Assembly: GCA_015064445.1 (NCBI GenBank)
Contig: SVSE01000006.1
Location: forward strand, 2,358-66,357
Source of the DNA: Oscillospiraceae bacterium
GTDB lineage: Bacteria; Bacillota; Clostridia; Oscillospirales; CAG-272
Direction: 5' to 3'
DNA: 64,000 bases
Shown: piece by piece, positions 26,898-35,658 of the stretch
Numbering within the stretch: position 1 is the first letter of the stretch
Layout: each line of letters starts with the position of its first letter
The notes under the pieces: generated by a model
The model's database searches: none
What the model saw: the letters and a program-made list of their open reading frames with translations, nothing else
What the model was told of the DNA's origin: nothing
Position numbers and translations under genes: made by a program

Positions 26898-27743
26898 ATG
26901 AAAAAATTAATTTCAATTATTTTAGCGGTTTTAATGATTGCTACAGCAGTATTCCTTACATCCTGTGGTGTTAAGGATTGGGAAAAGATTCAGGAAAATG
27001 GCAAATTTGTTTGCGGCATCACAATTTATGCACCTATGAATTATTATGATGCAGATGGCGACCTAGTTGAAGATATTAGCTGAGAACTTGTAGGATTTGA
27101 TACTGAACTTGCAAAATTGGTTGCCGAAAAGCTTGGCGTAGAGGTTGAATTTAAAGAAATTGAGTGGGAAAATAAGTACATTGAGCTCAAATCCGGAAGT
27201 ATCGACTGTATTTGGAACGGATTCACATCTAACTCTAAGGATGATGATGGTATTGCAAGAGCAGATAAGGTTGACTTTACCTATGCTTATCTTGATAATG
27301 CGCAGTGTGTGGTTGTGAAAAAAGACGCACTTGCAAATTATACATCTGCTGCGTCACTCGCAGGCAAGAAGGCTACCGCTGAGGGTGGCAGCGCAGGTGA
27401 ATCCTATGCCTCGTCTGTAACAACAGTTGCAATTGAGGCGGTTGGTTCGCAGATGGATACTTTTATTCAGGTTAAGACTGGAGCTGTTGATTTCGCAGTA
27501 GTTGATGTTTTGTTGGCTGAAGAAATTGTTGGTAAAGGTACATATGCAGACCTTGCTATTGTTGAAACCATTCAAATAGATAAGGAAGTATATTCTATAG
27601 GTTGTAGAAAAAATAGCGATTTTGACGAAAAGATTAATGAAGCTTTAATAGAGCTTCTTAATGAAGGCAAAATTGAAGAGCTTGCTGTTAAGTACGATGT
27701 TACTATCACGAAGGAACTTTTGGATAGAAAAACAGCAAAATAA
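26898..27743 (+). pseudogene. amino-acid ABC transporter substrate-binding lipoprotein interrupted by an in-frame TGA (27081-27083)
   Basis: The lipobox is 'AVFLTSCG'. The reading frame continues unchanged across the TGA: '...DADGDLVEDIS*ELVGFDTELAKLVAEKLGVEVEFKEIEW...'. Both tracked ORFs (26898.. and 27117..) are in the same frame. Confidence 0.6.
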
Positions 27744-27756
27744 TTAAAGGTGAACG

Positions 27757-28404
27757 ATGATTTTTTGGCAAGTAACTCTTCAATTTTTAAAGGGCTTTGG
27801 AACGACCTGTTCTATATTTGCATTGACTTTGCTTTTCGCACTTCCTTTAGGGCTTATAATTTCATTTGGAACGATGTCCAAATTTAAGCCACTTAAAGCT
27901 GTTATGAAAACTATTGTATGGGTGGTTAGAGGCGTCCCTCTTATGCTCCAACTTTTTATAGTATACTACGGGCCGTCATTGCTGTTTCATGTTCCAATAG
28001 GTGATAAATTTGTTTCTACAATAATCGCATTTTCTATTAATTACGCTTGCTATTTTTCTGAAATATACAGAGCGGGAATTGAGGCAATACCGAGAGGACA
28101 GATAGAAGCAGGACAGGTTCTCGGCATGACCAGATTCCAAATATTTACAAGAATTACTCTTATGCAGGTAGTAAAAAGAATAGTGCCTCCTATGGGTAAC
28201 GAGATTATCACTCTTGTTAAAGATACCGCCTTGGCGCGTACTATTGTGGTTGTGGAAATCATACATCTCGCACATAAAATTTCGAACACGCTTGCGGAGA
28301 TTTGGCCTCTCTTCTACACGGCAATATTCTATCTTGCATTTGTGGGCATACTTACCCTCCTCTTTGGGTGGTTCGAAAAGAAATTAAGCTATTATAAGGT
28401 GTAA
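27757..28404 (+). CDS. amino-acid ABC transporter permease
   Basis: 215 aa and polytopic, with the EAA-type loop '[20 protein letters not shown]'. Confidence 0.85.
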   Translation: MIFWQVTLQFLKGFGTTCSIFALTLLFALPLGLIISFGTMSKFKPLKAVMKTIVWVVRGVPLMLQLFIVYYGPSLLFHVPIGDKFVSTIIAFSINYACYFSEIYRAGIEAIPRGQIEAGQVLGMTRFQIFTRITLMQVVKRIVPPMGNEIITLVKDTALARTIVVVEIIHLAHKISNTLAEIWPLFYTAIFYLAFVGILTLLFGWFEKKLSYYKV

Positions 28405-28406
28405 TT

Positions 28407-29198
28407 ATGGGATTTCTAGATGTAAAGGGAGTATATAAAAACTTCGGCAACACCGAGGTTCTTCGTGGTGTTGATTTTACGCTCGATAAGGGAGAGGTGC
28501 TTTCCATAATCGGCTCATCAGGAAGCGGAAAAACAACTTTGTTAAGATGTCTTAATTTGCTTGAAAAGGCAGACGATGGAACAGTGTCTATAAACGGCGA
28601 GGTTGTAATAGATGCAAGGACTGAAGATAAGTATACAGATAAGGAAGTAAGGGAAAAAAGACTTCGCATGGGACTCGTTTTCCAACAGTTTAACCTTTTC
28701 CCACAGTACAATGTTATTGATAACCTAACACTTGCTCCAAAGCTTCGTGTAAAGGAAAGAAAAGACCTTACAAAGCAGGAAAAGCTTGACGAATTCGAGA
28801 AGATAAACGTTCGCGCGCTTGAGCTTCTTGAAACAGTTGGTCTTACCGAAAAGGCAAGCTCCTATCCTTGCGAAATTTCAGGTGGACAACAGCAAAGAGT
28901 TGCGATTGCACGCGCTCTTATGCTCAACCCCGATATTCTTTGCTTTGACGAGCCAACATCAGCCCTTGACCCTGAGCTTACAGGCGAGGTTTTGAAGGTT
29001 ATTAAAAGCCTCAAATCAGGCGATAGAACAATGGTTATCGTAACTCACGAAATGGAGTTCGCAAAGAATGTTTCCGATAAGGTAATATTTATGGCGGACG
29101 GTGTAATTGAGGAAATGGGAACGCCTGAGGAAGTTTTCGATAATCCAAAAAGTCCAAAGCTCATTGCTTTTTTGAATAAAGCAAACGAAATTATCTAA
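28407..29198 (+). CDS. amino-acid ABC transporter ATP-binding protein
   Basis: Walker A '[13 protein letters not shown]', signature '[15 protein letters not shown]' and Walker B '[12 protein letters not shown]'. Confidence 0.9.
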   Translation: MGFLDVKGVYKNFGNTEVLRGVDFTLDKGEVLSIIGSSGSGKTTLLRCLNLLEKADDGTVSINGEVVIDARTEDKYTDKEVREKRLRMGLVFQQFNLFPQYNVIDNLTLAPKLRVKERKDLTKQEKLDEFEKINVRALELLETVGLTEKASSYPCEISGGQQQRVAIARALMLNPDILCFDEPTSALDPELTGEVLKVIKSLKSGDRTMVIVTHEMEFAKNVSDKVIFMADGVIEEMGTPEEVFDNPKSPKLIAFLNKANEII

Positions 29199-29277
29199 AA
29201 GGTATTGAAAAATATACCAAATATGTTAAAATAGTTAGTGGGGAAATCCCACTAACTTTTTTATTTAGGAGAACAAA

Positions 29278-29943
29278 ATGGAACTTAAGGGAAAGAAAAT
29301 TAACTTCCTCGGAGATAGCATAACCGAAGGACATGGTACAAGCGACTGGGGAACAAAGCCATATCATCAGCTATTAAAGGTAAATTGTGGACTTGCAGAG
29401 GCGAGAAATTACGGACTTGGTGGCACAAAAATCGCGCGCTTGCCAGTTGTAACCGACCATCAATTCGATCAGGACTTCAATCTTCGCGCACCATCAATGG
29501 ACTTGGATGCAGATGCAATCGTAGTGTTCGGTGGAACAAACGACTTCGGCCACGGTACAATTCCACTCGGAACAATGGACGACAGAGATGTTCATACCTT
29601 CTACGGTGGACTTCACACTCTTTGCCTTTACCTTATCAAAACATATATTTCAAAGCCAATTATCTTTATGACACCTCTACATAGACTCAATGAGGTGCTT
29701 GACCATAATAATAGAATAAATGAGGGCAACAAAAGCGCGCGCCCACTTATCGACTTTGTAAATGCGATAAGAGAGGTTTGCGAGTTCTATTCAATTCCAG
29801 TCCTCGACCTTTATAAGGAAAGTGGAATGTACGGACAGGTTTGGGCTTGGTGCGAGGGATATATGCCTGATGGACTCCATCCAAACGATGCAGGACACGA
29901 AATTATCGCACATAAGCTTCAAAAATTCTTGGAGAACCTCTAA
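29278..29943 (+). CDS. SGNH/GDSL-family hydrolase
   Basis: 'INFLGDSITEGHG' and 'DGLHPNDAGHEIIA'. Confidence 0.8.
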   Translation: MELKGKKINFLGDSITEGHGTSDWGTKPYHQLLKVNCGLAEARNYGLGGTKIARLPVVTDHQFDQDFNLRAPSMDLDADAIVVFGGTNDFGHGTIPLGTMDDRDVHTFYGGLHTLCLYLIKTYISKPIIFMTPLHRLNEVLDHNNRINEGNKSARPLIDFVNAIREVCEFYSIPVLDLYKESGMYGQVWAWCEGYMPDGLHPNDAGHEIIAHKLQKFLENL

Positions 29944-29945
29944 TT

Positions 29946-30608
29946 ATGATTTTAAAGGGAATAAAAGCAAACTTCTTAGGGGATAGCATAACCGAGGGCT
30001 GTGGAACAACCTCGCCCGAGAATGCCTTTCACGGAGTTTTGAAAAGAAATTGTGGACTTGCCGAGGTGCGTAACTATGGCAAGGGAGGAACAAGAATAGC
30101 GCGTCAAAGCGAAATTAAGGACCCTGACGGTAGAGATTACGATTTTATTCGTCGTGCCGATGAAATGGACCCTGATGCCGATTTGATTGTAGTATTCGGT
30201 GGCACAAATGATTACGGTAACGGTCAAGCCCCACTTGGCGAAATTACCGATACAAGTATGTTTACCTTCTATGGTGCAGTGCATACTCTTTGTACCAACC
30301 TTAAAAGCAAATATCCAAAAGCAAAAATTGCCTTTATTGCGCCATTGCACCGTTGGAATGAGTGTGGTGGACTTGGCACATGGAAGCCCGATGGAGTAGT
30401 ACAGCATCATCTTTGCGATTATGTAAAGGCTGTAAAGGACACCTGCGCGCTTTATTCAATCCCAGTCCTCGACCTTTTCACAAACAACGAAATGCCAATA
30501 AACGATAACGATTTTAGAAGAGATTGCGCCCCCGACGGACTCCATCCAAACGACGCAGGACATAAAATCTTGGCAGAATTTCTTCAAAAATTCCTCGAAA
30601 CGATATAA
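29946..30608 (+). CDS. SGNH/GDSL-family hydrolase (tandem paralogue)
   Basis: 'ANFLGDSITEGCG' and 'DGLHPNDAGHKILA'. It is colinear with, and clearly similar to, the preceding gene. Confidence 0.8.
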   Translation: MILKGIKANFLGDSITEGCGTTSPENAFHGVLKRNCGLAEVRNYGKGGTRIARQSEIKDPDGRDYDFIRRADEMDPDADLIVVFGGTNDYGNGQAPLGEITDTSMFTFYGAVHTLCTNLKSKYPKAKIAFIAPLHRWNECGGLGTWKPDGVVQHHLCDYVKAVKDTCALYSIPVLDLFTNNEMPINDNDFRRDCAPDGLHPNDAGHKILAEFLQKFLETI

Positions 30609-30645
30609 ATGGAAAACGCACTTGTTAAATGGCAGGTGCGTTTTT

Positions 30646-30727
30646 TGTGCAATAAGCACAAGGCGACTTCGATAAATCAAGCGCTTGCGCTTGTATGTAA
30701 TCACGCGAGGCGTGAATGTAATTTGCA
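30646..30727. repeat. short array of hairpins joined by TGTATGTAATCA-like linkers (related to the 37303-37549 array)
   Basis: TTGTGC-AATAA-GCACAA (30646-30662), CAAGCGC-TT-GCGCTTG (30678-30693), linker TGTATGTAATCA (30692-30703), TCACGC-GAG-GCGTGA (30701-30715), then ATGTAATTTGCA. It lies between two convergent terminators. Confidence 0.5.
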
Positions 30728-30760
30728 AAGGAAGACGAAGAATAAAGCTTGAAACAAAAA

Positions 30761-30790
30761 ATCGACACTCAATCGAGTGTCGATTTTTTA
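30761..30790. terminator. bidirectional terminator (coaW side)
   Basis: ATCGACACTC-AATC-GAGTGTCGAT with flanking A- and T-runs. It shares the GACACTC/GAGTGTC stem core with the hairpins at 1603, 3987 and 5597. Confidence 0.75.
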
Positions 30791-31615
30791 TTATTTGTTA
30801 AAATACGAAAGGGCGGCGCCGATAACTGTAGAGAACTGAGCATTTTCAGGAATTACCATATTCACATCAAAATGCTTATTAAACATTTCTATAACATTCT
30901 TAGCCTGCGACATTTGTGTTAGATTTCCTGTAAGCACAATGTCACGAATTCCGTACTGACGCGCTGCAAACACAGCCATCATGCCAACAGTTTCAAATAC
31001 CATATTTACAAGTCCAAGTGCAATATCGTTCTTTGATGCAATATCACTTACACGGCCAAAGTTAGATGCAGTAAGCTCTCCACTAAGACCAGCGCTTTTC
31101 TTTGAAAGGTCGCTAACCTTAAGGTCAACATTTTCAAGCAAGCCCTCGCTTGCAATATCATCAATGTGTGCGATAGTATCAAGGCCGAGCATTTTTTTGG
31201 AAAGCCCCATAAGCGTACCACCACCAACACCTGTACCACCAAGGTAAATAGGCGCGTTGCCCTTAACAGCGTGTACAAGAGCAGTACCTGTTCCCATACT
31301 AACGATTATCGCATCCTCAAAGCCTGAAAGATAAAGACCACCAAGACCGATTCCACGGAATTCAGGAGTGGATTCGCAGTCGAGATTATATATAGGCTTG
31401 GAAATAAATGACGAGCCAACACCCGTAATCATTACCTTTTCAATATCTGAAAGCTCTAAATTATTTGCCTCAGTAAACTTACCAAAAGCACCGTAAATTG
31501 AGGTTACAGGATCATTTGCAGTTACACACATAGGCGTAATAAGCCTCTTGTCAGCATCAAAGCCCACAATTTTCGTTGTGCTTCCACCAATATCAATTCC
31601 AATTACAACTCCCAT
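30791..31615 (-). CDS. coaW: type II pantothenate kinase
   Basis: 274 aa with 'IGIDIGGSTTKIV', 'VSMGTGTALV', 'GGTGVGGGTLMGL', 'DLKVSDL' and 'LTASNFG', matching my recollection of the Staphylococcus-type CoaW/ASKHA pattern. Confidence 0.75.
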   Translation of the reverse strand: MGVVIGIDIGGSTTKIVGFDADKRLITPMCVTANDPVTSIYGAFGKFTEANNLELSDIEKVMITGVGSSFISKPIYNLDCESTPEFRGIGLGGLYLSGFEDAIIVSMGTGTALVHAVKGNAPIYLGGTGVGGGTLMGLSKKMLGLDTIAHIDDIASEGLLENVDLKVSDLSKKSAGLSGELTASNFGRVSDIASKNDIALGLVNMVFETVGMMAVFAARQYGIRDIVLTGNLTQMSQAKNVIEMFNKHFDVNMVIPENAQFSTVIGAALSYFNK

Positions 31616-31716
31616 AATTTACCTCCTTGGAATATCATTTTTATCATTCTACCACAAAGTATTCCAAAAATCAATAGAAAAATAAAAGAGCCTGCATAGC
31701 AGACTCCTTTGATTTT

Positions 31717-32745
31717 TTAGTCAACAAGACTTATTTCGTGTCCAAGCTCGGCTGATTTGTAAAGCGCCTCGAGAATCTTAACCATATTAAGTCCCTGCTC
31801 AGGCGTGAAATCAGGCTCGCATCTGCCACAAATAACATCTACAAAGTGACGAATATTCGCCTCGTGATGGGGCATACAGTTGTAATCATTTATTGATGGA
31901 GCAATAGTTATATTGTTGCCATACTCCTCAGTGAAAATTTCAAGCTTGTTGTCCATAGCGCTAAAGCGAGAGCCAGCCTTTTCTCCACGAAGCTCAACAA
32001 ATATTTGATCCCCTGCAATATTAGATGCCCAAGAGAATTCAATCTGCAAGCAAGCACCATTGTCAAAGCGAATAAAGCCCATTGCAAGGTCCTCAACATC
32101 CATTTTTGAGTGCGAGGTGTGTGCAAACTTTGTATATGTAGAGCCACTTACGGTAACAGGCCTTGCGTTACCCATAAGATACATAGAGAGGTCGATTATA
32201 TGTACGCCAAGGTCGATAAGAGGTCCACCACCACTTTGCTCCTTGTCGGTAAACCAACCACCCCAGCCAGGGATTCCTCTGCGCCTAATCCAACCACAGC
32301 GACCTGCGTAAATCTCGCCCATTTTTCCGTCGGAGATAAACTGCTTCAAAAACTTAGTGGAGGGACGGAAGCGGTTATTACGAATAACCATAAGCGTTTT
32401 GCCACTTTTTTCAGTTGCATTTTTCATCCTTTCAGCCTCGGCAACGCTTACAGCGTCAGGCTTTTCACAAAGAACATGAAGTCCCTTTTCAAGGGCGTAT
32501 ACAGCGGCAATGGAGTGAATGTTGTTAGGTGTGCAAATGTCAACAGCATCAAGCTCCTCGCTATCAATCATTTCCTTAAAATCGGAATAGAGATGCGCCT
32601 CAGGATATCTTTGCTTCATTTGCTCAAGCTTCGCATCATTTATGTCGCAAATAGCAACAATCTTGCACTCGTCAAGCTTATCAAAGGCAGGGAGGTGCCC
32701 GTTTTGACACATTTTACCTGCGCCGATAATACCAACTTTAATCAT
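31717..32745 (-). CDS. Gfo/Idh/MocA-family oxidoreductase
   Basis: N-terminal Rossmann motif 'MIKVGIIGAGKM' and 'EKPDAVSVAEAERM'. Confidence 0.85.
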   Translation of the reverse strand: MIKVGIIGAGKMCQNGHLPAFDKLDECKIVAICDINDAKLEQMKQRYPEAHLYSDFKEMIDSEELDAVDICTPNNIHSIAAVYALEKGLHVLCEKPDAVSVAEAERMKNATEKSGKTLMVIRNNRFRPSTKFLKQFISDGKMGEIYAGRCGWIRRRGIPGWGGWFTDKEQSGGGPLIDLGVHIIDLSMYLMGNARPVTVSGSTYTKFAHTSHSKMDVEDLAMGFIRFDNGACLQIEFSWASNIAGDQIFVELRGEKAGSRFSAMDNKLEIFTEEYGNNITIAPSINDYNCMPHHEANIRHFVDVICGRCEPDFTPEQGLNMVKILEALYKSAELGHEISLVD

Positions 32746-33467
32746 TATTTTTCCTCAATTCTTGCAACCCAAGGGCACTCAAGTGCTGGAACTCTGTAAA
32801 CAGGCTTAGCCCATCTTACTGCGTTTGTGATAATCTTTTGAATGTTTTCGTTATAGAAGGTTGGGAATGTTTCGTGACCTGGCTGGAGATAGAATACCTT
32901 ACCGTTTTCTCTGTGCCAAATACAACCAGAACGGAATACCTCACCACCATTGTACCAGCCAACAAGAAGAAGCTTATCAGGGTCAGGAATACCAAATGGC
33001 TCGGTGTAGGTTTCCTCAGCCTCAAGCTCGAAATATCTGTCGTTTATACCCTCCATAATAGGATGGTTATGGTCGATTACCCAAAGGCGCTCCTTATCGT
33101 TGCTTTCTCTCCAACCGAGATTACAGGTTGTGCCCATAAGAAGCTTGAATGGCTTTGAGTGATGAGCAGAGTGGAGGAAAATAATTCCCATACCACGAAG
33201 AACTGCTTCCTTAACCTTTACAGCAATTTCGTCAGGAACCTCGCCGTGCTTAATGTGTCCCCACCAAAGCATAACATCGGTGTTTTCAAGAAGCTCATCG
33301 GTAATACCACAGTTCTCATCATCAAGAGTAGCAGTAGTTACCTCAATGTCCTCATTCTTGCCAAGAAAATCAGCAATAGCCTTGTGAATACCGTCAGGAT
33401 AAACCTCACGAACCTTTTCGTCAATCTTCTCGTGTGCGTATTCGTTCCATACAACAACTTTAATCAT
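32745..33467 (-). CDS. ThuA-domain protein
   Basis: 'MIKVVVWNEYAHE', 'DVMLWWGHIKHGEV' and 'GMGIIFLHSAHHSKPF'. The stop overlaps the downstream oxidoreductase start (TAATG). Confidence 0.8.
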   Translation of the reverse strand: MIKVVVWNEYAHEKIDEKVREVYPDGIHKAIADFLGKNEDIEVTTATLDDENCGITDELLENTDVMLWWGHIKHGEVPDEIAVKVKEAVLRGMGIIFLHSAHHSKPFKLLMGTTCNLGWRESNDKERLWVIDHNHPIMEGINDRYFELEAEETYTEPFGIPDPDKLLLVGWYNGGEVFRSGCIWHRENGKVFYLQPGHETFPTFYNENIQKIITNAVRWAKPVYRVPALECPWVARIEEK

Positions 33468-33602
33468 AGTAAAAATACCTTTCGTATAAAAATTCTATCA
33501 AGGAAAGTATAACATATAAATATGTTAAATGCAAGAGATTACCTCAAAAATATTGACTTTTTAGCGCGAAAATGCTAACATATATGCATAGGGGGTGGCA
33601 AA

Positions 33603-34280
33603 ATGGTTAATCTTGGCAACGACTGGGACGAAATTCTTAGTGGCGAGTTCGAAAAGGACTACTATAAAAGCATTCGCACATTCTTAAAGGGCGAATATTT
33701 TTCACGCACGATTTTCCCGCCTATGCACGATATTTTTAATGCCCTCAAATACACGCCATATAGTAATACTAAGGTTGTTATTTTGGGGCAAGACCCCTAT
33801 CACGAGATAGGACAGGCGCACGGTCTTTCATTTTCTGTAAAGAGAGGTATAAAAATTCCACCGTCGCTTGTAAATATTTATAAGGAGCTAAGCTCCGATA
33901 TCGGAATGAAAATTCCAAATCACGGAGAGCTTACCTCGTGGGCAAGACAGGGAGTTCTTCTCTTGAACGCAACTCTTACCGTGCGAGAGGGAATGGCTAA
34001 TAGCCATAAGGACATCGGTTGGGCAATCTTTACTGACGAGGTAATTAAAAAGCTCGATAAAAACGATAAGCCGATTGTATTCATATTGTGGGGCGCAAAC
34101 GCACGCAGTAAGAAGAAATACATAACAAATAAAAATCACTTGATAATAGAAAGCGCACATCCGTCGCCACTCTCGGCATATAATGGATTTTTTGGAAGCA
34201 AGCCATTTTCAAGGGCGAACGAGTTCTTAAAATCCAAGGGCGAGGGCGAGATAAACTGGAATAGCGTAAACGAGGAGTAA
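33603..34280 (+). CDS. ung: uracil-DNA glycosylase
   Basis: '[10 protein letters not shown]', 'GLSFSV', '[11 protein letters not shown]' and 'AHPSPLSA'. Confidence 0.95.
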   Translation: MVNLGNDWDEILSGEFEKDYYKSIRTFLKGEYFSRTIFPPMHDIFNALKYTPYSNTKVVILGQDPYHEIGQAHGLSFSVKRGIKIPPSLVNIYKELSSDIGMKIPNHGELTSWARQGVLLLNATLTVREGMANSHKDIGWAIFTDEVIKKLDKNDKPIVFILWGANARSKKKYITNKNHLIIESAHPSPLSAYNGFFGSKPFSRANEFLKSKGEGEINWNSVNEE

Positions 34281-34282
34281 CT

Positions 34283-35155
34283 ATGAAATCATCAACAGAA
34301 ATTTGGTCAAGTGCCTCGGTGGTAGGCGAGAAAAAGGCTATCGAGCTTATTGCAAAGGCAGGCTTTGACGCGTGGGACTTTTCAATGTTTGAAATGGCTC
34401 GCATTGACTGGAGCACATATAAAATAATTGACAAGCCTCATCCATTAAATCAGGCAAATTATGCGAGCTTTGCGAAGGAGCTTCGCAAAATAGGCGAGGA
34501 CAATGGAATCCATTGTAACCAATCGCACGCACCATTCCCATCGCTTGTTTCTGGAATGAAGGATTACCTTAAAAGAGCAATCGAATGTACTGCAATTGCA
34601 GGTGGTAAAATTTGCATAATTCACCCCGATAATAACCAAAGCGCAGAGCAGAACGCAGAGTTTTATTTGGAGCTTCTCCCATTTGCTAAGGAGCACGGTG
34701 TTAAAATCGCAACCGAAAATATGTGGAACTGGAAGGAAAATGCCCCAACAGCGTGCGCTGCCGCTTGCTCTCATCACGACGATTTTGTAAAGCACATAAA
34801 GACAGTAAACGACCCATATCTTGTTGCTTGCCTTGACATCGGACACGCAGAAATGGCAGGTCTTGACACAAGCGCTAAGCAGATGATTTACGCTCTTGGC
34901 GATGCGTTGCAGGCACTCCATATTCACGATAACGACAAGGTTGGCGACTCACACCAAATCCCATTCTCAATGAATATTCCTTGGGATGAGGTTGCAAAGG
35001 CACTCAAGGGCGCAAATTATCAAGGCTATTTGACTCTCGAATCTGATAGATATGTGTCAAGCACAGGAGCAAAAACCGAGGAAGAAACCTTCAAGGCCCT
35101 CTGCGACCTTAACAAAGCAGTAAAGCGCCTTGATGAAATGATACAAAACGCATAA
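34283..35155 (+). CDS. xylose-isomerase-like TIM-barrel protein (sugar phosphate isomerase/epimerase / AP-endonuclease-2 superfamily)
   Basis: Metal-ligand pattern 'QSHAPF', 'CIIHPD', 'IATENMWN', 'CLDIGHAEM', 'LHIHDNDKVGDSH' and 'LTLES'. The gene starts 3 nt after the ung stop. Confidence 0.7.
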   Translation: MKSSTEIWSSASVVGEKKAIELIAKAGFDAWDFSMFEMARIDWSTYKIIDKPHPLNQANYASFAKELRKIGEDNGIHCNQSHAPFPSLVSGMKDYLKRAIECTAIAGGKICIIHPDNNQSAEQNAEFYLELLPFAKEHGVKIATENMWNWKENAPTACAAACSHHDDFVKHIKTVNDPYLVACLDIGHAEMAGLDTSAKQMIYALGDALQALHIHDNDKVGDSHQIPFSMNIPWDEVAKALKGANYQGYLTLESDRYVSSTGAKTEEETFKALCDLNKAVKRLDEMIQNA

Positions 35156-35233
35156 AGCTTGATACCTATTGCGCGAGCAATAGGTATCTTTTTTTGCTCT
35201 TTATAGATGTCGTGTTTTTGCGACATCGTTTGA

Positions 35234-35262
35234 TTGACAACCTTTAAATTCAATGGTAGAAT
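35234..35262 (+). promoter_or_regulatory. sigma-A-type promoter (extended -10)
   Basis: TTGACA (35234-35239), a 17-nt spacer ending in TGG, then TAGAAT (35257-35262). Confidence 0.6.
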
Positions 35263-35302
35263 AAAGGTGTAAAAAGCAAGTCAATCATAAAGGAGAACTA
35301 AA

Positions 35303-35455
35303 ATGAAAACTAAACTTAAAAAGCTTAATAAAAAATATGATAATCTCGTAAAAAAGGCTATGTCGGCAGATTTAAGCGAGGTAGAATACGACAAAACAAT
35401 CGAGCAAATCCAATCCCTCGGAGTTGAAATCTATAAGCTTCAAATATCAAAATAA
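35303..35455 (+). CDS. 50-aa lysine-rich helical protein (not in the ORF track, <60 aa)
   Basis: 'MKTKLKKLNKKYDNLVKKAMSADLSEVEYDKTIEQIQSLGVEIYKLQISK'. The RBS AAAGGAG lies 7 nt upstream. It has its own promoter and a terminator, GCCCTCG-ACATTTC-CGAGGGC followed directly by A and then T5 (35511-35537). Confidence 0.5.
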   Translation: MKTKLKKLNKKYDNLVKKAMSADLSEVEYDKTIEQIQSLGVEIYKLQISK

Positions 35456-35658
35456 TATTTCCTTTTCCAAACGAAATAAATCGTGCCTTTTGTTTTTACA
35501 TTTCCTTTTTGCCCTCGACATTTCCGAGGGCATTTTTATGTCGTATTGTCGATATGGCACATTTTTGGTCGAACGATTAGTGTTGAAATGGAAAAATTTT
35601 GCATTAAAATAAAGCGTAGGACAAAACAAACGAAATGCAAAAACGAAAGGAAAGAAAA

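Noticed and set aside
27081-27083. TGA reassignment (genetic code 4/25) as an explanation for the in-frame stop
   Set aside because: Several well-delimited genes in the window end at TGA at the expected protein length, for example the methyltransferase at 1029-1031 and the DUF523, HAD and SulP genes. A genome-wide recoding is therefore not supported.
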